Shown: in pieces, positions 21,135 through 30,370 of the stretch | Layout: each line of letters begins with the position of its first letter | Position numbering within the stretch: the first letter of the stretch is position 1 | NCBI GenBank assembly: GCA_963745645.1 | Contig: CAVUYD010000004.1 | Coordinates: forward strand, 767,031-831,030 | DNA: 64,000 nt | From: an uncultured Actinomycetes bacterium | Lineage (GTDB): Bacteria; Actinomycetota; Acidimicrobiia; IMCC26256; PALSA-610 | Direction of reading: 5' to 3' | The notes under the pieces: generated by a model | What the model was told of the DNA's origin: nothing | What the model saw: the letters and a program-made list of their open reading frames with translations, nothing else | Databases searched by the model: none | Program-made: the position numbers and the translations under genes

Positions 21135-22413
21135 CGTGCTCGTCTCCTCCGTCGATCGTCGCGCGACTCGTGCTCGGCCCACGAGAAGATGCCCTTCGAC
21201 ATCGTCGACGCCTCCTCGCGCGCCCGCGGCGCCGAACACCTCGGCCCGGGCCGCGTGCACGCCCGGGTCGTCGGGCGCGGCCTGCGCGGCCAGCTCGGCG
21301 AGATGGCCGGCGAGCCGCAGGTCGCCCGCGGCCGCGACCTCGAGCGCCCGCGCCGCGAGCCGCGCCGCGCCGCCCGCGAGGTCGGCGAGCTCCGCGCGCC
21401 AGCGCGGCCGCGGGCGCGGGCTTCAGGTGCGACGGATCGCCGTCGTACCAGCCGCCGTAGCAGGCGCCAGAGGTTGCGCACGACGAACTCGGGCTCGTCG
21501 TAGATCGCGTGCAGGTACGGACGTTCGAGCAGGTGCGCGGGCGCGCGCACCGTCGTGCACGATGTCGTCGAGGCGCGCGCCTTCGTTCATCAGCGCGAGC
21601 GTCTGCTCGACGCAGCGACTCGAGCAGCTCCGCGCCTTCGGTGAGCGCCGCGCTGCACGCGGTCGGCGCCGACGATCGGCAGACCGTGACCGGGCAGCAG
21701 CACCTCGGGCGTCGAGCGCGGCCATCTTGCGGAACGCGATCGCCCAGTCGCGCGCGTAGCGCTGCACCTTCTGCGGGTTGCCGCAGTTCGGCGACGCCCA
21801 GATGAACATGTCGCCCGCGAACAGCACCTTGCGCGTCCGGCGACCACACCCACGTGGCGTCGTCGGTCTCGCCGCGGTCGTGGAAGAGCTCGAACGTCTC
21901 GCCGCCGACCGTGATGCGCGAGCGTCGTCGCTGTACGTCTCGTCGGGCATGCGGTACTCGGTCGGCCAGCGCAGCCCCGGCGCCTTGAACTGCCGTTGGT
22001 TGATCACCGCGTTGTAGCCGGCGGTCATGCGGTAGCGCTCGAAGCGTTCGGCGATCGCGTCGTGCGCGATCGACGCGCGGCGGCGGCCAGCCGTTCGCGC
22101 GCGCCTCCTCCTCGTAGAGGTCGACGCCGAAGACGTGGTCGATGTGGCCGTGGGTGAAGACCGCGGTGTGCAGCGGGCTCGTCCGACCAGCGTGCGGATC
22201 GTGTCGTGCACCGACTTGGGCGTGGAAGACGCCGCTCGTGTCGACGATCACCAGGCCGTCGTCGGTGTCGACCGCGGCCGAGTTGGCGAAGGCGTCGACG
22301 AACGCGAGGCCGGGCTGGATCTCGGCCATCTGCCCGCTCGACGCGAACGGGTGGTGGGCCTCGATCGGCAGTTCGCCGGTGAACAGCTTGTCGGCGAGGT
22401 CGAGCAGGTCCAT
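21131..22413 (-). pseudogene. MBL-fold hydrolase with alkylsulfatase-type dimerisation region (type III sulfatase-like), many frame changes
   Basis: MDLLDLADKLFTGELPIEAHHPF...LVIVDTSG; AVFTHGHIDHVFG; FELFHDRGETDDATWVW; LFAGDMFIWASPNCGNPQKVQRYARDWAIAFRKMAALDA; VLLPGHGLP; IYDEPEFVVRNLWRL then YGGWYDGDPSHLKP. The pieces lie in ORFs 20803..22773, 21423..22211, 21590..21853 and 21131..21550. Stop TGA 21133-21131 overlaps the SDR ATG (ATGA). Confidence 0.65.
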
Positions 22414-22466
22414 GGCCGGAGCGTTCCACCTGGGCTCGACGAACTCGGCGTGCTTGCGACGAAAAT

Positions 22467-22480
22467 CAGAACGTGTTCCA
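22467..22480. promoter_or_regulatory. KstR-type operator box 1
   Basis: cagaacgtgttcca lies in the 76-nt gap between the divergent sulfatase-like gene (start 22413) and kstR (start 22490). Its reverse complement TGGAACACGTTCTG fits TnnAACnnGTTnnA at all but the last position. Confidence 0.6.
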
Positions 22481-22489
22481 ATTCCGATC

Positions 22490-23101
22490 GTGGTCATCGC
22501 CGAGCCCGAGCCCGAGCCCGTCCCGGAAGGGGCGCTGGCGCGCAGCCAGGCCGCCCGCCGGCGGCGGGTGCTCGACGCCACGCTTGCAGCTCGCGGCCGA
22601 GGGCGGCTTCGACGCGGTGCAGATGCGCGACGTCGCGGCCGCGGCCGACGTCGCGCTCGGCACGGTGTACCGCTACTTCGCGTCGAAGGAGCGGCTGCTG
22701 CTCGAGGCGATGGCCGAGCAGCAGGCCGATCTGCGCGCGCTACCTCGAGGTGCACCCGCCCACGCGAGGCCACGCCCGCGGCGCGCGTCGTCGTCGGTGC
22801 TGCGCGGCGCGAACCGGTCGCTGCGCGAGTTCCCCGACGTCACCGCGGCGATGGTGCGCTCGTTCGGCACCGCGCAGGTCGAGAACGCCGACATCGTGCG
22901 GCGGGTCACCGAGATCATGACCGGCGATCATCACGAGCGCGATCCACGCGCCCGAGCGGCGGGCCGCGACCGAGCGCGAGGTGCGGGTCGCCCGCATCCT
23001 CATGCAGGTCTGGCTCTCGTCGCTGAACGGCTGGGTGTGCGGCGTCGACGGCCCCGACCGGGTCGACGAGGACCTCGCCGCCGCCGCCGACCTGCTCCTG
23101 A
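22490..23101 (+). pseudogene. kstR: TetR-family repressor, KstR-like, several frame changes and no in-frame stop
   Basis: RRRRVLDATL (ORF 22142..23026) then QLAAEGGFDAVQMRDVAAAADVALGTVYRYFASKERLLLEAMAEQ (ORF 22473..24818), later VRVARILMQVWLSSLNGWVCG...DLAAAADLLLS (ORF 22981..23727). This closely resembles my memory of M. tuberculosis KstR (RRKRILDATMAIASKGGYEAVQMRAVADRADVAVGTLYRYFPSK...ARVISDVWLSNLLAWL). The end is approximate. Confidence 0.75.
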
Positions 23102-23142
23102 GCTGCGCTGCCCGCGTCCGGCACCCGCGTTCGCCTCGCGAG

Positions 23143-23156
23143 TGGAACGTGTTCTA
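23143..23156. promoter_or_regulatory. KstR-type operator box 2
   Basis: tggaacgtgttcta is a perfect fit to TnnAACnnGTTnnA, and 10 nt lie between the box and the fadD-like ATG (23167). Confidence 0.65.
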
Positions 23157-23166
23157 TTTTCGGTCG

Positions 23167-24818
23167 ATGCCGACTCGCCACTTCAACTTCGCCGACCTGT
23201 TCGAGCTCGCCGTCGACAAGGTGCCCGACCGCCTCGCGCTCGTCGACGCCCGCCGCGAGGTGACCTACCGCGAGCTCGACGAGCGCGCGACCCGGCTCGC
23301 GCACACGCTCACCGATCTCGGGGTGAAGGCCGGCGACCACGTCGGGATCCTGGCCACGAACTGCATCGAGTGGGTCGAGGCGCTGTTCGCGATCTACAAG
23401 ATCCGGGCCAGCGCGGTGAACATCAACTTCCGCTACGTCGAAGAGGAGCTGCGCTACCTCTTCGAGAACTCCGACGTCGTGGCGTGCTTCTACCAGCGCG
23501 AGTACGGACCGCTCGTCGCGGCGGCGCGGTCCGCGCAGCCCCGCCTGCAGCACTTCGTCCGCATCGAGTGGAACGACTCCGACCGCCGACGACTCCGCGC
23601 TCGACCCCATCGAGTTCGAGGCCGCGGTCGCGGCGGGCTCGCCCGGAGCGCGACTTCCCCGAGCGCTCCGACGACGACATCTACCTGCTCTACACCGGCG
23701 GCACCACCGGCATGCCGAAGGGCGTGATGTGGCGCCAGGAGGACGTGTACTTCGCGCTCGGCGGCGGCATCGACGTGTTCACGAACGAACGCGTCGCCGT
23801 CGCCCGACGACCGCGAGCGAGAAGATCGACACGTCGCAGCCGAAGGGTCTCGTCGCGATCATCCTGCCCGCCGCTGATGCACGGCGCCGGTCAGTTCAAC
23901 GTGTACCGCACGCTCTTCGAAGGCAACACCGCGGTGATGCCCGGCGCGCTTCGAGCCCGAAGAGGTGTGGCGCACGGTCGAGAAGTACGGCGTGAACGTC
24001 ATGCAGGTGACCGGCGACGCGATGGCGCGCCCGCTCGCCGACACGCTCGAACGCCTGCAGGGCGAGGTCGACGTGTCGTCGCTCGTCTCGTTCGGCAGCA
24101 CCGCCGCGATCTTCTCGCAGACCGTGAAGGAACAACTGCAGGAGCTGCTGCCCGAGTACCTCGTGATGACCGACTCGGTCGGTTCGACCGAGACCGGCAT
24201 GAACGGCATCCGCTTCGTGCAGAAGGGCGACGCGCCGAAGGACGGCATCACGAGCGTGCAGGCGTCGCGCCGACTCGGTCGTGCTCGACGACGAACTTCG
24301 AACCGGTCGAGCCGGGCTCGGGAACGGTCGGCCTGCTCGCGCGCGGCGGCAACATCCCGCTCGGCTACTACAACGATCCGGTGAAGACCGCGGAGACGTT
24401 CGTCACCGACGCGCAGGGCCGGCGCTGGTCGATCCCCGGCGACTTCGCGCGCGTCGAAGCCGACGGTCGCATCACGTTGCTCGGGCGCGGCTCGGTGTCG
24501 ATCAACTCGGGCGGCGAGAAGATCTATCCGGAAGAGGTCGAGGGCGCGCTCAAGTCGCACCCCGACGTGTACGACGTGCTCGTCGTCGGCGTGGCCGACG
24601 AACGCTGGGGCGAGCGTGTCGTGCGCGTTGCTGCAGCCGCGTCCCGGGCGCACGCCCGATCTCGAGGCAGCTGCGCGAGCACTGCCGCGACCCAGATCGC
24701 GGGCTACAAGATCCCCCGGCAGCTGCTGCTCGTCGACGAGGTCCCCCGCCTCCCCAACGGCAAACCCGACTACCGGTCCGCCAAAACGTGCGCCGGCGAT
24801 CTGGCCGCAGCGGGGTAG
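23167..24818 (+). pseudogene. AMP-dependent acyl-CoA synthetase (FadD-like), several frame changes
   Basis: MPTRHFNFADLFELAVDKVPDRLALVDARREVTYRELDERATRLAHTL...GILATNCIEWVEALFAIYKIRA (ORF 22981..23727); IYLLYTGGTTGMPKGVMWRQEDVYFALGGG, WSIPGDFARVEADGRITLLGRGSVSINSGGEKIYPEEVE and YKIPRQLLLVDEVPRLPNGKPDYR (ORF 22473..24818, stop at 24818). Confidence 0.8.
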
Positions 24819-24835
24819 GGTCCTCGCGAGATCAA

Positions 24836-24955
24836 CCCACGGGGAGCTCGGGGGAACCGGGCTGAGAGGGTGGCCCCGCGCCGCGGTCATGTGACCGGGC
24901 GCCCCGCCACCGACCCCTCGAACCTGCTCCGGGTAATGCCGGCGGAGGGAGGGAC
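24836..24955 (+). promoter_or_regulatory. TPP (THI-box) riboswitch
   Basis: cacggggagctcgggggaaccgggCTGAGAgggtggcc...ccaccgACCCctcGAACCTGctcCGGGTAATgCCGGCGgAGGGAggg has the conserved CUGAGA and ACCC..GAACCUG...GG.UAAU.CC.GCG.AGGGA elements. The purine-rich ggagggaggg sits just before ATG 24960. Confidence 0.85.
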
Positions 24956-24959
24956 ACGC

Positions 24960-25616
24960 ATGTGCTGCGCGCTCGTGCTCACCGGTGGCGATCCGGTCGC
25001 GGCCGGGCTCGGCGCCGACCTGCCGCCGGCCGATCTCGTCGTGGCCGCGGACTCGGGGCTGCACCTGGCCGCGGGCCTCGGCCTGCACGTCGACCGCATC
25101 GTCGGCGACCTGGACTCCGTCGACCCCGACCTCGTCGAAGCCGCGATCGCGGCCGGGGCGGTGGTGGAACGACACCCGGCCGAGAAGGACGCGACGGACC
25201 TCGAGCTCGCGATCGACACGGCCGCGCGCGCGGCGCGCGGCGGATCGTCGTCGTGGGCGGTGGGGGCGGGCGCCTCGACCACTTGCTCGCCAACCTGCTC
25301 CTGCTCGCGTCGCCCGCGTGGGCCGACATCGAGATCGAGGCCCGGTTCGACGCGCGCGTGTGCGTCGTGCACGGCGGGCGCGGGCCGCGCGAGATCACGG
25401 GCGCCCAGGGCAGCCTCGTCACGCTCCTGCCGGTCGGGGGCGCCGCGCGGCGTCGTCACCGACGGCTTGCAGTACCCGCTGGTGCGGGAGGACCTCGCAC
25501 CAGGAACCTCGCGCGGTGTCAGCAACGTGCTGCTCGGCGCCGCCGCGAGCATCGCGCTCGACACCGGGACGCTGCTCGTCGTGCAACCGGACGCGGGAAG
25601 AGGGGAAGTCACATGA
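24960..25616 (+). pseudogene. thiamine pyrophosphokinase, 2 frame changes
   Basis: [13 protein letters not shown]...[38 protein letters not shown]...[15 protein letters not shown] (ORF 24870..25616); [21 protein letters not shown]...VVHGG (ORF 24962..26698); then back to [27 protein letters not shown]. Confidence 0.75.
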
Positions 25617-25910
25617 TCGTCGACATCGAAGTGGTGCCGCGTCCGCTCGGCACGGCCGCGAACGAGTACGCGCACGTCGAAGCCGCGATCGCACTCGCGG
25701 CAAGGCGCGGGGTTGCACTACGAAGTGAACGCGCTCGGCACGACCATCGAGGGGCCGCCGGACGACGTGTGGCCGCTGCTGCGCCGTATGCACGAGTCGT
25801 GCCTCGAGTCCGGGGCGGAGCTCGTCATCACCGTGCTGAAGATCGCGGAACACGCCGACGCGGCATCGGAGCCGACGATGGACGGCCTCACCGGGAAGTT
25901 CCGCACATGA
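25613..25910 (+). pseudogene. MTH1187/YkoF-family thiamine-binding protein, one frame change near 25705
   Basis: [29 protein letters not shown] (frame of ORF 24962..26698), then ORF 25713..25910 with HYEVNALGTTIEGPPDDVWPLLRRMHESCLESGAELVITVLKI. ATG 25613 overlaps the TPK stop (ATGA). Confidence 0.65.
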
Positions 25911-26698
25911 ACACGGTCGGTCGCCGGGTGCGAGGCGCAGTGCCGCCGGTCGTGTTCTTCGTGCTCGTGCTCGTGGGGTGGGAGGTGTACGTGCGGGCGC
26001 GTGGCGTCGCCGACTACGTGTTGCCGCCGCCGAGCCAGATCTGGACCGCACTGGTGGACATGGCGCCCCACCTCGGCCCCGACATCCGGGCCACGCTCAT
26101 CGAGGCGACGGTCGGCCTCGTGGTCGCGGCCGTCGCCGGGGCCGCATTCGCCGTGCTCATCGCGGTGTGGCCGTTCGCCCGGCGCGCCGTCTACCCGCTC
26201 CTCGTCGTGTCGCAGACGATCCCCGCGATCGTGCTCGCGCCCATCTTCGTGGTGTGGCTCGGCTTCGGGCTGCTGCCCAAGGTCGTGGTGGTCGCGCTCA
26301 TCGGGTTCTTCCCGATCGTCGTGAGCAGCGTCGACGGGCTCGTCAACGCGGATCCGGAACGGATCGACCTCGTGCGCAGCTTCGGCGGGGGCCGGCTCCA
26401 GTGCTTGCGCCTGGTACAGGTGCCGTCGGCGCTCCCGGCGTTCTTCGCGGGCATGAAGATCGCGGCGACGTACGCGGTGGTCGGCGCGGTGATCGGCGAG
26501 TGGATGGGCACATCACAAGGCCTCGGCCTGGTGATGACGCGCGCGTCGCGCGCGTACCGGCTCGACCGTGTCCTCGCCGCGGTCGTCATCGTCGCCCTCG
26601 TCTCGCTCGTCCTCTTCGCGGTCGTGAGCGTGCTCGCGCGTGTCGCGACACCCTGGACCGCTTCGAGCGCAACGACCTCCGGAACGGATGCCTCATGA
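25907..26698 (+). CDS. thiX: ABC transporter permease (NitT/TauT-type, ThiX-like)
   Basis: MNTVGRRVRGAVPPVVFFVLVLVGWEVYV...VVSQTIPAIVLAPIFVVWLGFGLLPKVVV...GEWMGTSQGLGLVM is in one frame (lower part of ORF 24962..26698). There are ATGA overlaps at both ends. The symbol comes from THI-box context only. Confidence 0.75.
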   Translation: MNTVGRRVRGAVPPVVFFVLVLVGWEVYVRARGVADYVLPPPSQIWTALVDMAPHLGPDIRATLIEATVGLVVAAVAGAAFAVLIAVWPFARRAVYPLLVVSQTIPAIVLAPIFVVWLGFGLLPKVVVVALIGFFPIVVSSVDGLVNADPERIDLVRSFGGGRLQCLRLVQVPSALPAFFAGMKIAATYAVVGAVIGEWMGTSQGLGLVMTRASRAYRLDRVLAAVVIVALVSLVLFAVVSVLARVATPWTASSATTSGTDAS

Positions 26699-27709
26699 GG
26701 TTCGCGACTCGTCCCGCGCTGCTCCTCACCGCGTTGCTCGTCGGCGCCGCGTTGCTCGCAGCTGCCTGCGGTGGCGACGACGACGCCACATCCGGCTCCG
26801 CCGCGCAGTCCGCGACGCTCGTGCTCAACTGGACACCGAACGCGCACCACCTCGGTGTCTACGCAGCCCAGCAGATGGGTTGGTACCGCGACGCCGGCAT
26901 CGACCTGAAGATCGTGGAGCCCACCGACGCCGGCGCGGAGCAAGCGGTCGGCCAGGGCAAGGCCCAGTTCGGTATCAGCATGGCCGAGGGAGTGCTGCCG
27001 GCGCGCGGACAGAACATCCCGATCGTGTCCATCGGCGCGATCCTGCCGGTCAACGACTCGTCACTCATGTCGCTCGCGAGTGAGGGCGTCACCGAGCCGA
27101 AGGACCTCCAGGGCAAGGTGTACGGCGGCTACAACGGGCCGCTCGAGACCGAGCTCATCAACCGGCTCGCGAAGTGCGGCGGCGTCGATCCCGCGAGCGT
27201 CAAGCACGTCGAGGTGGGCAATGTCGACTATCTCGCCGGGCTGGAGGCGAACCGCTTCGACGTCGTGTGGATCTTCAGCGGGTGGGATGCGCTGCGCGGC
27301 GTCGGCGGTCGAGCACAAAGCGATCGACCAGATCCGGTTCGCCGACCACTTCGACTGCATCCCGAACTGGTACACGCCGCTGTTCATCACGAACGAGAAG
27401 ATGATCAAGAACCAACCCGACCTTGTGCGGAAGTTCATGGCCGTCACCGCGCGCGGCTACCAACTCGCGATCGATGACCCGCAACGAGCGGCGGACCTGA
27501 TGCTGAAGGCAGTCCCGGAGATGGACGCGACGCTGATCCGCGCGTCGGCCGACTACTACGCGCCGAAGTTCACCGCGAACGGCAAGCCGTTCGGCGTGCA
27601 GGACCGGGCGACCTGGCAGACGTTCGAGCAGTTCCTCGTCGACGCCAAGCTCCTCGACCACCCGGTGGACGTGACTGACGCATACACGAACGAGTTCCTC
27701 TCGAAGTGA
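26695..27709 (+). pseudogene. thiY: NMT1/THI5-like substrate-binding lipoprotein (ThiY-like), one frame change near 27290
   Basis: MRFATRPALLLTALLVGAALLAAACGG (lipobox) then LVLNWTPNAHHLGVYAAQQMGWYRDAGIDLKIVEP (ORF 25978..27477). The C-terminal half is in ORF 27080..27709 (HFDCIPNWYTPLFITNEKMIKNQPDLVRKF). Confidence 0.8.
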
Positions 27710-28464
27710 CGGGAGGCGCGCCGGTCTCGCTCCGGGGGATCGGCCACACCTACGGCGGTCCGGTCGCGGTCGACGCGATCGCCGCGCTCGATCTCGAAGT
27801 CGCGGCGGGCGAGCTCGTCGCACTGATCGGGCCGAGTGGCTGCGGGAAGTCGACGCTGTTGCGCGTCATCGCGGGGCTGGTGGTGCCGACGAGGGGCACC
27901 GCATCGGTCGACGGCGTGCGCGCGAACGGGAATCCGGGTCTCGTCGCGTACCAGCCGCAGCACGACCTGCTCATGCCGTGGCGGCGGGTGCTGGCGAACG
28001 CCACGCTCGGCGCCGAGGTCGCGGGCGTCGAACGGCACGCGGCGCGGGCGCAGGCAGCCGCGCGCTTCGAGCGGTTCGGCCTCGCGGGGTTCGAGCGGGC
28101 ATGGCCGGCGGCACTCTCGGGCGGTATGCGGCAACGGGTCGCGCTGCTCCGCACGTTCCTCGTGCCGCGGCCCGTGCTGCTGCTCGACGAACCGCTCGGC
28201 GCGCTCGACGCGATCACGCGCCGTTCGATGCAGGAGTGGCTGCAGGAGGTGTGGACAGATGACGGGCGCACCGTCGTGCTCGTCACCCATGATGTCGAGG
28301 AGGCGTTGCTCCTCGCCGACCGCGTCGTCGTCATGTCGGCGCGCCCGGGACGCATCGTGTCCGACACGCGGATCGATTTCGCGTGGCCGCGGCGCACCAA
28401 ACTGGTGACCGATCCCGCTTTCGTCGCGGCCAAGGGAAAATTGCTCGACGCGCTCGCCACGTAG
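27706..28464 (+). CDS. thiZ: ABC transporter ATP-binding protein (ThiZ-like)
   Basis: Intact ORF of 252 aa with Walker A GPSGCGKST, signature LSGGMRQRVAL and Walker B LLLDEP. There is a GTGA overlap with the binding-protein gene. Confidence 0.9.
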   Translation: MTGGAPVSLRGIGHTYGGPVAVDAIAALDLEVAAGELVALIGPSGCGKSTLLRVIAGLVVPTRGTASVDGVRANGNPGLVAYQPQHDLLMPWRRVLANATLGAEVAGVERHAARAQAAARFERFGLAGFERAWPAALSGGMRQRVALLRTFLVPRPVLLLDEPLGALDAITRRSMQEWLQEVWTDDGRTVVLVTHDVEEALLLADRVVVMSARPGRIVSDTRIDFAWPRRTKLVTDPAFVAAKGKLLDALAT

Positions 28465-28475
28465 TCTCCGGTCCC

Positions 28476-29111
28476 GTGCCGCGCATCCCGAACGCCGTGC
28501 TCGCCGGCGCCGACGAGCTCGCTCGCCGGGACAAGGTGTTGAAGCGCGCGTTGCGCGACTTCGGACCGCCTGATCTCCGACGCGGTCGCCCCCGCCGCAC
28601 ACACTTCGCCGAGCTCTGCCGCATGATCTGCTACCAGCAGCTCGCGGGGAACGCGGCGCGCGCGATCCACGGCCGGTTCGCGGCCCTCTTCCCCGACGAC
28701 ACCCCCACGGTCGCCGGCGTGCTCGCGCTGTCCGTCGAGCAGCTCCGCGGTGTCGGTCTGTCGGGCGCCAAGGCCGCGTCGATCACCGATCTGGCCGAGA
28801 AGGTCGACGCCGGGCTCGTCGAGCTCGACCGCATCGCCCGCCTCCCCGACACCGAAGTCGTGCGCGAGCTCACCCTCGTGCGCGGTATCGGCGAGTGGAC
28901 CGCGCACATGTTCCTCATGTTCCAGGTCGGGCGGCTCGACGTGTGGCCCGTCGGCGACCTCGGTGTGCGCGCCGGTTTCGGCCGGCTCTACAGCATCGAC
29001 CCGCCGCCGACACCGAAAGTGCTCGAGGGGCTCGGCGAACCGTTCCGGCCCTACCGGTCGCTCGTCGCGGTGTGGTGCTGGCGCGCGGCGGACACCGTCG
29101 TGCCGGACTGA
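28476..29111 (+). CDS. DNA-3-methyladenine glycosylase II-like (HhH-GPD family)
   Basis: ORF 28383..29111, with the likely start at GTG 28476. Motifs: FAELCRMICYQQLAGNAARAIHGRF...LRGVGLSGAKAASITDLA...LVRGIGEWTAHMFLMFQVGRLDVWPVGD. Confidence 0.8.
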   Translation: MPRIPNAVLAGADELARRDKVLKRALRDFGPPDLRRGRPRRTHFAELCRMICYQQLAGNAARAIHGRFAALFPDDTPTVAGVLALSVEQLRGVGLSGAKAASITDLAEKVDAGLVELDRIARLPDTEVVRELTLVRGIGEWTAHMFLMFQVGRLDVWPVGDLGVRAGFGRLYSIDPPPTPKVLEGLGEPFRPYRSLVAVWCWRAADTVVPD

Positions 29112-29114
29112 CAC

Positions 29115-30281
29115 TTGCGATCCGCGGCGTTCAACGCGCTGCTCGTCGCCCGCTCGCTCTCGTGGGCGGGCGACGGCATCGCGAACGTCGCGCTGGTGAT
29201 CTACGTCCAGCGCGTGGAGGGGAGCGGGAGCGCGGTCGGGCTGCTGCTGCTCATGACGATGCTGCCGTCGTGTCTGGCGCCGTTCACCGGTGTCGTCGTC
29301 GATCGCTTCGATCGCCGGCGTGTGCTCGTCGCCGGCGAAGCGATCCAAGGGTTGCTCGCGCTCGTCGTCGTCATCTGGCTCCCCGGCCTCGCGCCGCTGC
29401 TCGTGCTGATCTTCCTGAAGTCGATCGCGGCGACGGTCGCCGACATCGCGGGACGCAGCGCGATTCCGAGCGTGGTCGACGACACCGGGCTCCTCGCCGC
29501 CAACGTGTGGTTCGGGGGGGCGCGCCAAGCCGCGGACGTGATCGGCCCGGTGCTCGGAGGTGTCCTCGTGGCGGTCGCCTCGGTGCGCACCGCGCTCGCG
29601 GTCGACGTGGCGACGTTCGTCGTCGGCGTTCCACTGCTCCTGCGCCTGCCCGCGCTGCTCCCGTTCCGCCGCGGCAGTGGCCCTGAGGGGGGCGGAAACT
29701 GGCTCGCAGATGCACGCGCCGGGCTGCGCTACCTCGCCGGGAACCCGGTGGCGCGCGCGGTCGCGATCGGTTTCCTCATCCTCGGGCTCACCGGTGCGGA
29801 CGACGTGGCCCTCCCGTTCCTCGCACGCGAGCTCGGCTCCGGTGACGTCGGGATCGGCGTCCTCTACGCCGCGGTCGCGGTCGGTCTCGTCGCCGGGTTC
29901 TCGTTGCTGGCCCGCGGCCGCTTCCCGATGACGCCCGCGGCGGGCTTCATCGGTGGATGCGTCGTCGTCGGCATCGGCGAGACCTTGACCGGCGTCGCGG
30001 GCGCGATCGTGCTCGCGGTCGTGTTCCAGATGGTGCGGGGTGTCGGCACCGCGGCGATCGACGTCAACCTGCAGACGCTGCTGCAGCGGTCCGTCGCCCC
30101 CGACATGCTCGGGCGTGTGTTCGCGAACGTCTACGGCGCGGTCGGCGTCGCGGCTGCGCTGTCGGTCGCGCTCGCGGGCCCGTTCCTCGACGCGACCTCA
30201 CCGGCCACCGTGCTCGTCGCAACCGGACTCGCCGCGTTCGCAGCCGCGGCCACGACCGCGCTCTTGTTCAGGCGTCCGTGA
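29115..30281 (+). CDS. MFS transporter
   Basis: Intact ORF of 388 aa (TTG start). It is hydrophobic throughout with about 12 predicted helices, for example FTGVVVDRFDRRRVLV after helix 2. Confidence 0.8.
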   Translation: MRSAAFNALLVARSLSWAGDGIANVALVIYVQRVEGSGSAVGLLLLMTMLPSCLAPFTGVVVDRFDRRRVLVAGEAIQGLLALVVVIWLPGLAPLLVLIFLKSIAATVADIAGRSAIPSVVDDTGLLAANVWFGGARQAADVIGPVLGGVLVAVASVRTALAVDVATFVVGVPLLLRLPALLPFRRGSGPEGGGNWLADARAGLRYLAGNPVARAVAIGFLILGLTGADDVALPFLARELGSGDVGIGVLYAAVAVGLVAGFSLLARGRFPMTPAAGFIGGCVVVGIGETLTGVAGAIVLAVVFQMVRGVGTAAIDVNLQTLLQRSVAPDMLGRVFANVYGAVGVAAALSVALAGPFLDATSPATVLVATGLAAFAAAATTALLFRRP

Positions 30282-30370
30282 CGCCGTCGAACGCTCGACC
30301 ACCGTGCTCGCAGTTCGCGATTGGAGCCGCACGGCGGCCCTGGCCGTCCGCAGGCTCCAAACGCGGTGTA

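Noticed and set aside
22981-23727. Apparent KstR-FadD fusion ORF (the kstR C-terminus reads through into the ligase).
   Set aside because: A KstR box and an ATG separated from it by 10 nt lie between the two parts. A missing stop is most simply explained by the same indel problem seen elsewhere.
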